64,000 nt of DNA from Stegostoma tigrinum. Taxonomy: Eukaryota. The stretch is taken from the NCBI RefSeq assembly GCF_030684315.1, contig NC_081391.1, forward strand, positions 14,175,342 to 14,239,341. Reading direction: 5' to 3'. Positions 20,549-33,499 of the stretch are shown here, in pieces. The position numbers and the translations under genes are program-made. Each line of letters starts with the position of its first letter. Positions within the stretch are counted from its first letter, which is position 1. Below the pieces are notes generated by a model. It ran no database searches and had not been told where the DNA came from. It saw only the letters and a list, made by a program, of their open reading frames with translations.

Positions 20549-23500
20549 ATGGCCTCCCAGATCAGTCAGAACTATCACCAGGATTGTGAAGCTGCTGTCA
20601 ACAAGCAGATTAATGTGGAGCTCACTGCCTCCTATCTCTATCAGTCTTTGGTGAGTGTTGTGTTTATGAGGTTAAAATTCAATCTATTATTCTGAAGTGA
20701 GCTATTTCCCTTGTTTCTAACTAACTTGATGCCCTTGTAGATTGTGTTTCATATCTCTTACCTATTGAACACATCAGGAGAAATGTGATGTTGTCATATC
20801 TGTGGGCTATGATCCTGATGTACAGTCATGGTGGACCCTGTCAGTCTTCAATGATCTCTGGAGGGAGAAGTGTTTTGTTTTTGACTTAGTTCAAAATTCC
20901 CTGATAAGGTTATGCCTGGCAGTAATTGTCACTCCCTCACTAGGATTATCAAAAAGTTCATCTAATTTCTGAAGGAACTGGAATAACCATTGGCTAGTTA
21001 CTGGCTTCTGTTTTTAATTTCTTGCTTTCTGTTTATTTAGTGATGTATGCCATTGAACAACATGCTGACTTGGTATAGTAGTAAGGCATTATGGTAGCAC
21101 TTTCCAATTAACCAAATCTGATCTGACACAGCCTTCAGGGTTTGGGTGTGACTATTAGCAGCTCAAATAGGCCTTGTTGGGGGCCTACTGGGCTTTGAGA
21201 TCATTATTGAGATGGGTGTGGCCCTTCCCTTCACACTTGACATGAAGTTCATCTGCTGTGGTGTGTGAAGTGAGACGCTGGTGCTTCTGGAATGTGCTGA
21301 GGGTATTGCCTCAGTGACAGTGATGAAAGGGATTGTTCCCAGACCATCTATCCTGGCCCTGAAACACACTGGCCCCTAAGACCAGGTGGCAGTGTGCCTG
21401 TGCCCTTCTGAGGGATAGACTGCGTTTGGAAGGTGTGTGTTTGAAGTAACCTTGGTGAGTGCTGCAGGGGACCTGGTAGATAATGGACCCTGAAAGGAGG
21501 TGGTGAATGCAGTCCCCATGAAGTGGGCTGCTCTGTCCTGGATGGTGTCTGCTTCTTGCATGTTGTAGCTCCCCTTCTACTGACACATGGGGAATATTCA
21601 TTTCTCTCTGGGCTTGTGCCTATTGGAAGGAAGCTGCCTCGATATAAGGATGGAGTCAGTATAACCTCCATTTGGGAGGTGGGAACAGCTTTTACTGGGG
21701 AACCACTTGGGGTTTAATCACTGGCCAGTGTCCCAGCACAACAGGGAATTATGTACCAATCAATAAATCCCCACTATTCTGTCTTCCACAACTTGGAACT
21801 ACCCAATTAAACCATACTTTTTTTTGCCTCACTTTGTATTTGAGGGTTGAAGTAGCTTTTCACATCAGGATTCCTTGCTTATAGCAGCTCTCATGCATCA
21901 GCTTCTGAACAAACATCTAATAGATGACTCACTTCTACTTCAACTGAAGCTGTAGCCCTCCAATGTTGAATTGTGAATGTCAGTTTTAGACGTGAGTGAT
22001 TATGGGTGGGGAAAATTACAGCATTTTGCATGTTCAACTTAGCTAAATGAAGGTTTCCAGCAGTGTGTTTACTGGTGACATTATCCATAGAACAACAGTT
22101 GATCTAGAGATCACATTGTCTGTCTCCAACATTTGACTTTTCTTCGGTTTGTTCTTACAATTTGTTTTATCGGTGCGATGCTTGTTTGCGAGCTTCTGGA
22201 TGTGAGTGCACTCAATAAACAGGTGTGTAATAGCCTTCTGCGGCAACAATCCAAAGGCTGTTACTGGGCAGGCTTTCCTCACCAGAATCTTGGTGCCACT
22301 TTCTCCTCCATGCTGCAGACAGCATGTCCTGTAGCACTAAAATATATGGTACATCTAATGCCATTAATCTTGAGGTTGCAGAACTTGCTTCCCCCTAGTT
22401 GTACTGTTAGAGTAGTGCTCAACATCAGTATTGAGAAACCAAGGTCGGGAGATGGATGAACACAGCAGGCTAAACAGGAAATCTGACACTGGGCTAACAT
22501 ATATGTATGCCACCTGAGCCCCAAAGGAGAAATGCAGTGCCTTGCAGCTGCCACCCTGAGTCCATTCTGCATACCAGCTCCTGGCACAAGGTTAAAACCT
22601 TACTCCATCACTAGTTTCATTCAATCCTGATGAGTGTTCAACAGAGGAAACATGAATTCAATTTTTCCCTCTCAATGCTGTGCCAGACCCCTTGAGCATT
22701 GCATTAGGTATCTTAAACCAAAACACATGGTATGCACATCCTCCCTGGAGGAAGCTGGGTTTGTTCACATTGAGCCAGTTAAAGGATCGTCTGGCTAATT
22801 GGACAACACTAGGTTCATGGCCACAGTCATGTACCAGAACATAACAGCTCGTGGCATTCTGGAGCAAACTGACAATTCTCAACCGGTCATCAATTTCTGA
22901 GATCTACAATTGGCCCCAGTGGTCCCTTTAATGAGATTTGAAATGTTGTCTCTTCCAGATGTCCTATTTTGACCGGGATGACGTTGCCCTCCCCCATTTC
23001 TCGCGGTTCTTCAAAGATCAGTCCCAGCAGAAGCGGGAACATGCAGAGAAGCTGCTGAAATTCCCAATCAGCGTGGAGGCCGAGTCCTCTCCAGGATGTG
23101 AAGGTTGGAGTTTGGTTTGGGTGAGGGTGTGTGGTTACAGGTGAAAAATGGCAGCTCTCATGGTGAGGCTTCAAGTCAGTGACGAGGACTTCACGTCCTG
23201 ATGGGAAGTGACAAATATCTTGTTCTGTTTGGGTCCCCTGTGTCCTGACTCTGAATACAACAAATCACAGAAACAAGCCCTTTGCCCACCATGTCTATGC
23301 TGACACACCAAATGACACTTTGCTGCACTTGGTCCACAGACTACTCTGCCCTGGCATGAAGTACTTGGCTAGATGTTGCTGGAGTGGCTGTCTCTTCCAT
23401 ATTTCTACCATCCTCTGGTCGGGGTGGGAGCAGGGGTGAGGGAGGACACTTCCTCTAACCTGTTGATTCCTCAAACCTGTGCCCTCTGGTATTGGTGCCT

Positions 23501-24656
23501 GCTATGGTGAAGACCTCTGTCCTTCCATATTCCAACTGCCTCAGCCTCACCACCTCCAAGGAAAATCCCAGCTTCTGGACCCTGTCTTCAATGGATTTTC
23601 AGTCTTGAGGCAACATCCTAGTATTCCTCACCTGCAGCCCCTCCAGTGCCATCCTGTCCCTCTGATTTTGGGGTTCTGGTCACCACCCTGCATTCCATCC
23701 TTGGCCTGGCTCACGTTGCAAAGCTTGGTACAAGACTGAGCTCTATATTGTGCCCCAACTGAAGGGGACGAGCATCATGTCAGCCACCTTCACCAGCCTG
23801 TCTACCTTCACTGAGCCTTGAGCTATCTATGGTCTGGACGTTGTTATCTTAGTTCCTTTTATTCTAAAAGCTTTGCTGGCCCTTCAATGAACTAAGTTGC
23901 AGTGATGTTTCTCATCCTGCTCATGAGGAGGAGGACATGGCCTCGCGGTATTATTGATGAACTGCCAGTCATCGGTCTCAATGGGCTGAATGTCCTGTGG
24001 CCATGCTGCAGGAATGCTGTTGCTGAAGCTTAACTGTCCTTCTTTTCCCTCCTCCAGAAGCCAGACAGGGATGAGTGGGGTAACAGCCTGCAGGCAATGC
24101 AGGTTGCCCTGGATCTGGAGAAGAATGTGAACCAGAGTTTGCTGGATCTACACCAACTCGCCACAGCCCAGACTGACCCTCATGTAAGCTTCACCACCTC
24201 CTCATTCTCATCACTGCGACACCCTCAGGGCAACACCTCATTGGTTGGTCTTTGTGTGGTTTGGAAATTCACTGCTGTCACACTTTGCCTGGCTGACATT
24301 GGGACTGAAGTGATCATGCTGAGGATCTGTTCAGCAGTTGTTAAAATGGGAATTTGGATCATTATCTGGAAGGAGCGTTGAACTGATACTAGCCACTGAA
24401 TTATTGTTTAGTATCGTTGTGGGTATGGTGAAATGTTTTGCAGTGGGAATTCTGAAGTTGTTTTTAATAGTGATCACAATTTCTCTTTCTTCCATTGCAG
24501 CTGTGTGACTTCCTGGAGACTCACTATTTGGATGAGGAGGTGAGGATCATCAAGCAACTTGGGGACGACATCACCAACCTGAAGCGCCTGGGAGCCCCTG
24601 AGAATGGGATGGGAGAGTACCTGTTTGACAGGCTCTCCCTGGAGGACAGCAGTTAG
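20549..24656 (+). pseudogene. Ferritin copy 3 (type C), frameshifted; exons 20549-20650, 22959-23103, 24058-24183, 24501-24656
   Basis: Exon 2 is 145 nt rather than 147: ttcccaat vs ttccagaat and gtcctctccag vs gtcctcctccag (23061-23093). Also GDY->GDD in exon 4. TATAAA 20444; AATAAA 24784. Assembly indel errors cannot be excluded. Confidence 0.8.
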
Positions 24657-26204
24657 TGTGGCCTGGAGTACTGTCTACTTGGTCTGAATGCATTCCCCAC
24701 TTCACCCTGGCCAACCTGTCTCCTTCCAGGGAGAAGGGGCTTGGAGCAAAGAATGTAATGGCTGTACCAGCTGAATGGGAATGAATAAAATGATGTGTTG
24801 ATCTTGGTTATTGTCCATCATTCAGATCCCTGTATAATTTTGGTAGTTATTCTGAGAGATTGAAGCATTTAATTTTTCTACTGTTTGACTAGTTGATCAA
24901 ATTACTAATTTGGGCTAAACATTTCCTTGTTTCAACACTCAATCCAATCCGTACTCTGTCAGACAAGGATACCAAGAGGAAGTCGCTCTGACCTATCAAT
25001 CAATGATGTTCCTCCAAACGGAACTTGAGGATATTGGGTTTGTCGGGTGCAACTTGCTCTTCACTGTTTTGTTTTTTTTTTCAAAAAAAATTACACTTCT
25101 GGATGCGATCCATACTACGGAAGGAAAGAAACTCCCTTTTTGGGAAAGGGAGTTCTCCTGCTCTGCCTAAGGGAAGAGGAGACGCCCAGTCTCGGGATTA
25201 TCTGACAGTCCTCTTTCCACATTCAGCTTGTCTGTCCAAGAGCTTTCGCTCACCCCTCCCCTACTAAATGGTACTAGCACCATTAATATTCACCTGCAGA
25301 TGTGGCTTCGGGTTATTGGGATGAGCTAAGGTTCAAACCAACCTTGGGACATGTACTATTGGTTGTGGGGTTTTTCATTCCCCGCTCACCCACCCGACCC
25401 TCCTCTGATCCTGCCGTTAGCAATTGGGCATGTTGGCCAGCTTCTGCCTCATTCGTCTGAAATAAATATGCTGGTCCTACTGGTCGCTTTGATTCACGAC
25501 CCACTGCAATCAGGGAGTCAATCCCCCCGTGGGGGCATGTTTCCCATAAACAACCCAAAGTTGTCCTTAGGTGGCTTATTCATTCCTCTTTGCTGTGCCT
25601 GTTTATAGGATTCTCTCCAACAAACAGCCACTTTAGAATCAGCACATTGTCTCCATGCCACCTACAGCAGGTGAGGAGTGGGTTGGGAGTAACACAGCAA
25701 CACTCACAGTTACATGTTGCTGTTTGATTGGCTCTTGCTGCTACAGCCAGCGTTGAGCGCACTCAGCTGCTCCCTATGTCCCTCTGAGCTTCCCCTGTGC
25801 TGCAGGTTGCCTTGACCCAGTGATGGAGAACGAGCAGTGATTTATGTTCAACTTGGGAATGGTGTGACTGAGGGAGGAAACCTGGAGCTGCATACCATCC
25901 TGTACGGCTGTTTACTTTCTCGTTCAAGCTGTCTCTCATTCTGGGGATTACCTCTGACTTTTGCAGCTCCTGTGCAATGTAGCCTTTGTAGAGGGCATGG
26001 CTCTTATGTGACTGAACATATCTGTTACATGACAGAAATCCTTTTAATTTGGAGCAATCTTAATTCTTGTCAATAAGTCCCTGTTGTCCAGGAAGCAGCC
26101 ATTTGGCCAGTGCAGCGTCGACACTCTACACCCCATTCTCTTCAGACCCACTCCATTCCCTTAACACTGTTTCCCCTGGCTAATTCAGCTAGCCCCTTGT
26201 CATT

Positions 26205-26736
26205 CAGCAATTTAGTGTTGCCGATCCACTTAACCTGAAAATTGTTGGACCGTGGGAGAAAACTGGAGAACCTGGGAGACACGGGGAGAAAATGCAAATT
26301 CCAGACAGACAGTTCCCGAAGTCTGTAATGCAACGTAGGACCTTGTCACTGGGAGGTAACCGTGCTAACCACTGAGCCGCTATCACACCCTAATGTACCA
26401 AACAAAGGAATATGCTGTTGCAGACCATGAGAGTCACAGAGGCATACAGCATAGAAACAGGCCCTTCAGCCCAGCCTGTCCACGCCAACCACGTTTCCAC
26501 TACTGAACAAGTCCCACTTGCCCACGTTTTGCCCATATTCCTCCAAACCAAATCTGTAAATGGAAACATCTAAATGTCTCTTCAATGTTATAATTGTAAA
26601 CACTTCTACCACTTCCTCTGGCAGCTCATGCCATACACACACCATCGTCTCAGTGAAAACGTCCCTTTTAAATCTTTCTCCTCTCCCCTCTCCTCTCAAA
26701 CCGATGCCCTCTAGTTTTGGACTCCCCTACCCTGTC
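26205..26736 (-). mobile_element. HE1-type SINE plus CR1 3' fragment (spacer before copy 4)
   Basis: Paralogous module; VCVWHELPEEVVE...TLKRHLD is a CR1 C-terminal motif. Confidence 0.7.
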
Positions 26737-27776
26737 CCAGCAAGCTTTTTTTCTGCAGTCAATCTTGAGTGTGCCAATGGCAAGGCTACATTTAGTGCTC
26801 AGCAACTGTTACACTTCAGGAGGTGGTGATGAGCTGCTTATTACAGTCCACCTGGTGTAGGAGAGACCGGAATGATGTTGCTGCTGCTGCTGAGGAGGGG
26901 CTTCTGGGATTTTCATTCGCAAACACTGATATTGTTCCAAGTCAGGATGGTGACAGAGTTACATGGAGCTGCTTGACTGTTGCTGGGTCTACATGCAATC
27001 AGAAAATTGTACAGTGTTCCATCACACTTCCTAACTTCAGTCTTCTCGATAGTGGGCAGGCTTTGGGAAGTCAGGAGTTCAGCAATTCACAACAGAATTC
27101 CCAGCCTCGGGAAATTGAAATCAGCATTGAAACTTGTGGGTCAATCCAATAAGATAGTGCTAGATTGCAATCTGCTTTTGAAGCTGGGAGGCCAGTTGCT
27201 CAGCTCGACAATATAGACAATGCAATGTAACCAGAACCAGAAACTCTCACTTGGAAACACGCTTCAATTGAGGGCTGGTTCTGTTTTGAAAAATTAAAAA
27301 CTGCACATGGACAGCGAAGTGTTCAACGTGCGATACATTTCCTGCAGCAATTCAATAGAAAGGCCTGAGGCCTACCGTGTACCTGAAGCACTCAGCACAT
27401 TTAGCATTTTGGTTTTCAAACCGTGCTTCCTCAGACCCAAGTCCAAACAGATCACAGTAGATACAGAATGAATCCACAAAGTAGATTGTTTTTCTGTATT
27501 AAATGGTCCAAAAGCATATGAATTCTGTTGACGCACAGCAATGGGAAAATTTTACTGTTAACAAAATCTAGTCATTTTTCAATGGGCTACAAATCTGTGA
27601 TTCAAAAGGTACAAAGACTAATCCCTCAGAGTCACAAACCGACAGAATTCAGCAAATCTGTGATGAGCGTGTCTTAACACATAACCTCAGATACAAAGGT
27701 AAAGGCTCAGAGTCTATTTTGTTCTCATTTTCAGGGAGATGTACTTCCACAATTTGTATTTATGCTGGAAGCCAAA

Positions 27777-27956
27777 GGTCAGTCAGCAATTCCATCATCG
27801 ACCAGTTGTCAATTCTGATCGGTTTCTGGATCCAGTTCCCATCCTGCACTGATTGGACGTGGCAGCTGATCAATTGATTAACAAGAGTGATTGGCCATCA
27901 CTGATGATGCCATTTCCTGCTTCAGAAAATGAGAGTCTGCTCCTGGAGTATAAGTA
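27777..27956 (+). promoter_or_regulatory. Proximal promoter of copy 4
   Basis: GTCAGCAATT half-MARE, two ATTGG boxes, TGATGCCA, ATTTCCTG, TATAAG. Confidence 0.55.
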
Positions 27957-28053
27957 ATGCCCCAAGGAGGTTATGTTTTCTTGTCTTGTTGATCTTGGTT
28001 CTAAATTGGTCACTTTTGTAGTGAAGAGAGTAAAACAAACTCCTCATCACAAG

Positions 28054-31000
28054 ATGGCCTCCCAGATTAGTCAGAATTACCACCAGGATTGTGAAGCTGC
28101 TGTCAACAAGCAGATTAATGTGGAGCTCACTGCCTCCTATCTCTATCAGTCTTTGGTGAGTGTTGCCTCTCAGGGGTTTAACATTTAAACTATCATGTCA
28201 AAGTGACTGGTTTCCCTTGTTTCTAACTAACCTGATATTCTTGTACACTGACTGTAATTGTTCTTAACTGAACTGCAATTCAGGATGAATGTGATGTTTC
28301 CATAGCAATGGGCTTTGGGACTGATGCCCCACTTGGCCTGCAGTGACACATTGAGGTGAAGTGTTCTTGGTGTTCTCAGACTCCCTTAGACTGTTGTGAC
28401 TGGCAGTAACTGTTACTCCCTCATTAGGGTTGTTGAAAGTGAAGGTTTGTTCGGCCTGTTCCTGGGGTTGCATGATCTAGTGTATTGGTGCTGCTGGAAT
28501 GTCTGGAGATTTTTCTTTCTATAACAGGGAAGAAACGGAGATTCTGCTGTCATGCTGGCCCTATTTGAAACTGGCCTCTTTTGTCAGTTGGTGCTGTGCC
28601 TGTGACCACCTGAAAAATAGTCTCATTTGTCGGTGAGAGAGATAATAGGAAGTGCAGATGCAGGAGAATCTGTTTATAACAAGGTGTCGAGCGAGAATAA
28701 CAGCAGGCCAAGTGGCACCTTAGGAGCAGGAAAGCTCCTGTTTCTGGACTGAAGTGTCTAGGCCTGCAACATCAGCTTTCCTGCACTGAAGATGCCACTT
28801 GGCTGGCTGTGTTGTTCCAGCTCTAAACCTTGTTATCTTGGATTTATGTATGCAAGGTGTTATTCTTTTTTCAGTGAGGGAAAACATCATGCCTTGTCAA
28901 TGCCTCATGTTTGTTTTTTATTCTCCAGTAGGATTGACTGTAGAACTGTAAAGGCCCTTCAGCCCTCGCTGTTGTGCTGACCTGTCACACTGATCTGAAG
29001 CCCATCTAACCTACACTATTCCATGTGTGTCCATGTGCTCATCTAATGATGACTTAAATATACCTCAAGTTGGCGAATCTACAACCATTGCAGGCAAAGC
29101 ATTCCATTCCCTTCCTACTCTGAGTTAAGAAACTACCTTTTGACATCTGTCCGATATCTTCCACCCCTCAGTTTTAAGGTAGGCCCCCTCGTGCTTGCCG
29201 TCACCATCCTAGGAAAAAGCCTTTCCCTATCTAACCCTCTGAATATTTTGTCTCAATTAAGTCTCCTCTCAATGTTCATCTCTCTCTGTTGAAAACAGCC
29301 TCCACCCCCTCTGCCTTAACTTGTAAGATGTTCCCTCCATACCAGGCAACATCCCAGTACATCTCCTCTGCACCCTTTCCAAAGCTTCCACATCCTCCTT
29401 ATAATGCAGTGACCAGAACTGTACACAATACTCAGTGTGGCCACACCAGAGTTTTGTACAGCTGCAGCATAACCTCTTGGTTCCAGAAAACAATCCCTCT
29501 ATTAATAAAAGCCAAAACACTATGCCTTAACAGCCCTGTCAACCTGGGTGGCAACTTTCAAGGACCTGTGTACATGGACACCAAGATCTCTTTGCTCATC
29601 GACACCACCAAGATTCTCACCATTAGCCCAGTACTTTGCCTTCTGGTTACTCCAACAAAGTGCATCACCTCACACTTGGCTGCATTAAGCTCCATTTGCC
29701 AGCTCTCCGCCCAGCTCTGCAGCTTATCTATGTCTCTCTGCAACCTACAGCATCCTTCGTCATTATCCGCAACTCCACCTTAGTGTCGTCTGCAAATTTA
29801 CTAACCCATCCTTCTACGCCCTCATCCAGGTCATTTATAAAAATGACAAACAGCAGTGGACCCAGCACCGACTCTTGCGGCACACCACTAGTAACCGGTC
29901 TCCAGGATGAATGCTTCCCATCAACTACCACCCTCTGTCTTCTTTGAGCAAGCCAATTTCTGATCCAAACTGCTATATCTCCCATAATCCTATTCCTCTG
30001 TATTTTGTACAATAGTCTATTGTGGGGCATGTTATCGAACACCTTGCTGAAATCCATATACACCACATCAAACAGTTTACTCATCTACCTGTTAGGTCAC
30101 CTTCTCAAAGATTGAGGGTCTGAGTGGCCTAATCCTGTTTGTTCTGATAACAGTTTTTTGTTTCTTTGGTTTTTTAACTTTCTTTAAAAATGAACCAGTG
30201 TCTTCAGGATTGCCTCTAATCATTTTGAACTGAGTAGAAGCTGTCACTTTGTCACAAGCTCCAACTTCATGTTCAGCATGGAACCAAGTTTAAATCTACA
30301 TCTGCATGACTGACTGACCAACACTCGCTTCTCTCCCATCCCCATATACCAGAGGTTTAACACCTTTATTGAATAGTCAGCCTGATCGGGAATGCTCGCT
30401 TCTTCTCACCACTGAGTCTGAACTGTGGCCAGTCATGTGTTTCATGGGCTTTTGTCTGTTTTCTTTTCCAGATGTCCTACTTTGACCAGGACGATGTTGC
30501 CCTCCCCCATTTCTCCCGGTTCTTCAAACATCAGTCCCAGGAGAAGCAGGAACATGCAGAGAAGCTGCTGAAATTCCAGAATCAGCGTGGAGGCCAAGTC
30601 CTCCTCCAGGATGTGAAGGTTGGAGTTGGGAATATATGGCTGCTCTTGTCATGTGGCTTCAAGTCATCAGTGGCAGGATGTTTGCCTCCTCTCAGGAGAG
30701 TGAAGAGTTCTTTCTGTTTGGTTTCTAAGTTTCATCTCCTTGAAGTCATGCAGTGTATGGGAAAAGCCACTTGCCCCCCCATAAACAGAACTACACTAAT
30801 CTGACTTGCTTGCACTTGGTCCACAGATGACTATACCCTGGCACGAAGTACATGTCCGGATACTGCTGGAGTTGCTATCGCCACTGCCATCTCTTCCCCC
30901 TCCCCACCCAGACCACGGTTCAACTCGTATTTTGATCAGCCTCCTTTTTGGGAATGTGGTTTCCTATAATTGCCCCTCTATAACCTGCTTACTCCTCAAA

Positions 31001-32399
31001 CCTGTGCTCTCTGGTCTGTCTTCCTCATGACCCACATTTCTCCCCATCTCCTGTCCCAACTTCTCTCCGCAAACTGCCTCAGCCTGTTTGTCCTCCAGGG
31101 AAAACCCCAGCCAATCCAACACCTCAATGGATTTTCCACCTGAGGGACCTTCCTGTCCTGCTGAGAGTGGTCCTGTTCACAACACCATTGCTTCTTTGAC
31201 CTGGCCAAAATTTGAGTGGGAGAAGAAATGGCTGCCCTTGGGGTGTGGCTTCCATCCATCAGTAACAGGTGGATGACGTCCTGAGGGCAGGTGCAGGAAG
31301 TGAAGTGCTTCTGTCTTTCACCCATCATTCGGTCTACATCTTGTGCAAGAACTATACTGTCTAAATTCTGCGTGATAATCTCAAACACGTTCCTTTGTTC
31401 CTGGCTTCGGTGAAATCAAACGTACACTCAGGTTGCAAGTTCAAGGTCTGCTGCTAATAAAGTGGCTGGACTCTTTTTTTTAGTTTTAAAGCAGTTCTGT
31501 TTGTACCAAGTACAATCAGACAAGATCCATGTGTCTGTGCGCTCCTACCATTAGACATGATGACAATGATTGCTTTCCCTTTACATGAAGGGTCAAGGGT
31601 CAATTGTTGAACAAGGTTGCTGCATGTAATGGGGAACAGTGAGGTTTGTCCTGGAGCTTAGCTGTCCTTCTTTCCATCCTCAGAAGCCAGAGAGGGATGA
31701 GTGGGGTAACAGCCTGCAGGCAATGCAGGTTGCCCTGGATCTGGAGAAGAATGTGAACCAGAGTTTGCTGGATCTACACCAACTCGCCACAGCCCAGACT
31801 GACCCTCATGTAAGCTTCACCTCCTCATTCACATCACTGCTACACCCTCAGGGCAACACTTCATTGATTGGTCTTTGTGGTTTGGAAATTCACTGCTGTA
31901 CCACTTTGCCCGGCTGACATTGGACCTGTAGTGATCATGCTGAGGATCTGTGTTCAGCAGTTGTTAAAATGAGAATTTGGATCAGTATCTGGAAGGAGTG
32001 TTGAACTGATACTGGCCACTGAATTCTCGTTTAGTATCATTGTCCATCACAATCCACCTCCACTCCATTTCACAAACAGCAAGATGGAGCAGCTGAAATC
32101 CTCTTGTCCTCACTGGCACAAATTCTCCAGGTGCTGGCTTGATTTTTCAAGGCTGTTGAGAGCGGGTATGGTGAATTAATTTGCAGTGGCAATTCTGAAG
32201 TTGTCTTTAATAGTGATCGCAATTTCTCTTTCTTCCATTGCAGCTGTGTGACTTCCTGGAGACCCACTATTTGGATGAGGAGGTGAGGATCATCAAGCAA
32301 CTTGGGGACTACATCACCAACCTGAAGCGCCTGGGAGCCCCTGAGAATGGGATGGGAGAGTACCTGTTTGACAGGCTCTCCCTGGAGGACAGCAGTTAG
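28054..32399 (+). CDS. Ferritin subunit, copy 4 (type D); exons 28054-28155, 30472-30618, 31684-31809, 32244-32399; 176 aa, intact
   Basis: All four exons open with GT-AG boundaries; exon 2 [49 protein letters not shown]; TATAAG 27949; AATAAA 32527. Confidence 0.94.
28648..28845. mobile_element. Inverted Penelope-like terminal repeat in intron 1 of type D copies (also about 43418-43613)
   Basis: ataacaaggt...acagcaggccaagtggcacctt...caggaaagct pairs with agctttcctg...aagatgccacttggctggctgt...accttgttat; copy 6 retains gggtctaggcccgaaac. Confidence 0.55.
28940..30110 (-). mobile_element. CR1-clade LINE 3' fragment in intron 1 of copy 4
   Basis: [12 protein letters not shown]...[22 protein letters not shown]...[16 protein letters not shown]...ALERVQRR; several frameshifts; a different subfamily from the 7758 element. 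Confidence 0.9.
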
Positions 32400-32951
32400 T
32401 GTGGCTTGGAATACTGTCTGCTTGGTCTGAATGCATTCCCCACTTCACCCTGGCCAATCTGGCTCCTTCCAGGGAGAAGGGGCTTGTAGCAAAGAATGTA
32501 ATGGCTGTACCAGCTGAATGGGAATGAATAAAATGATGGTATTGATCTTGCTTATTGTCCCTCATTCAGATTACTAAATATTTTGGGAGATGTCACTTGA
32601 GCTTGAAGCCTGTTTATCGTTCTCGAATTTGGCAGATCCAATTCGTAAATGGACTCAGCAAAACTTCTAGGTCTTACCCCATCCCCCGAATGTTGGAAAG
32701 TAGCAAGATGGAGTTCCTTGTTGTGGTCCCAAAGAAATTCAAGATTTTCTCCTCAAATCGGTTAAGTTGGGGGTTTGTCAATTGTGGGGTGGCACTTCTT
32801 CTGGAGGACAACTGGCACATTTCTGGCTACGGGCCATTCGGATCATTAAAATCTTCACTGACCCTATGAACAGCATCATGTTCAGATCTTCCCCCACCCC
32901 CACATTTCCCATGGCTAATTTAACCAGACTGTATGACCCCTTGTCACTATT

Positions 32952-33499
32952 GGCAATTTAGCACGGCCAGTACACCTACTCCACATGTTGTTTGACTGTG
33001 GTGGGAGACTGGAACAGGTGAAGGAAATCCACACAGACATGAGGCAAATGTACAAACTCTGCTCAGACAGTTTTCCCCCAGGCTAGAATCAACCTTGGGC
33101 TCCTGGTGTGGTGAGGTAACAGTGCTAACCGCTGAGGCCCCTTCACCCCCTAAAGTACCAAACAAAGGAGGAGGCTGTTGCAAAGTCAGAGCCATCCATC
33201 ATGGAAATAGACTCTTAAGCACAACATGTCCTTGCCGACCAGGTTTCCACAAATTGTGTCGTGCCATTTGCCTACTTTTTGTCCAAATCCCTCTTAAACA
33301 GTTAAATCCCTCTAAATCGTTCCATCCCACATACATGTCCCAAGTCTTGAAATTGTACCCAAACCTATCGTTTCTGTTGGCAGCTTCTTCCAGACACGCA
33401 CCACCCTCTTTGTGACAACGTTCCCCCTCAGTCCCTTTTAAATCTTGCCCCTCTTCCCTCAAACCAATGCCCTCTAGTTTAGATGACCCTACCCTGTCC
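32952..33499 (-). mobile_element. HE1-type SINE plus CR1 3' fragment (spacer before copy 5)
   Basis: Paralogous module; its right part matches window positions 1-235. Confidence 0.7.
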
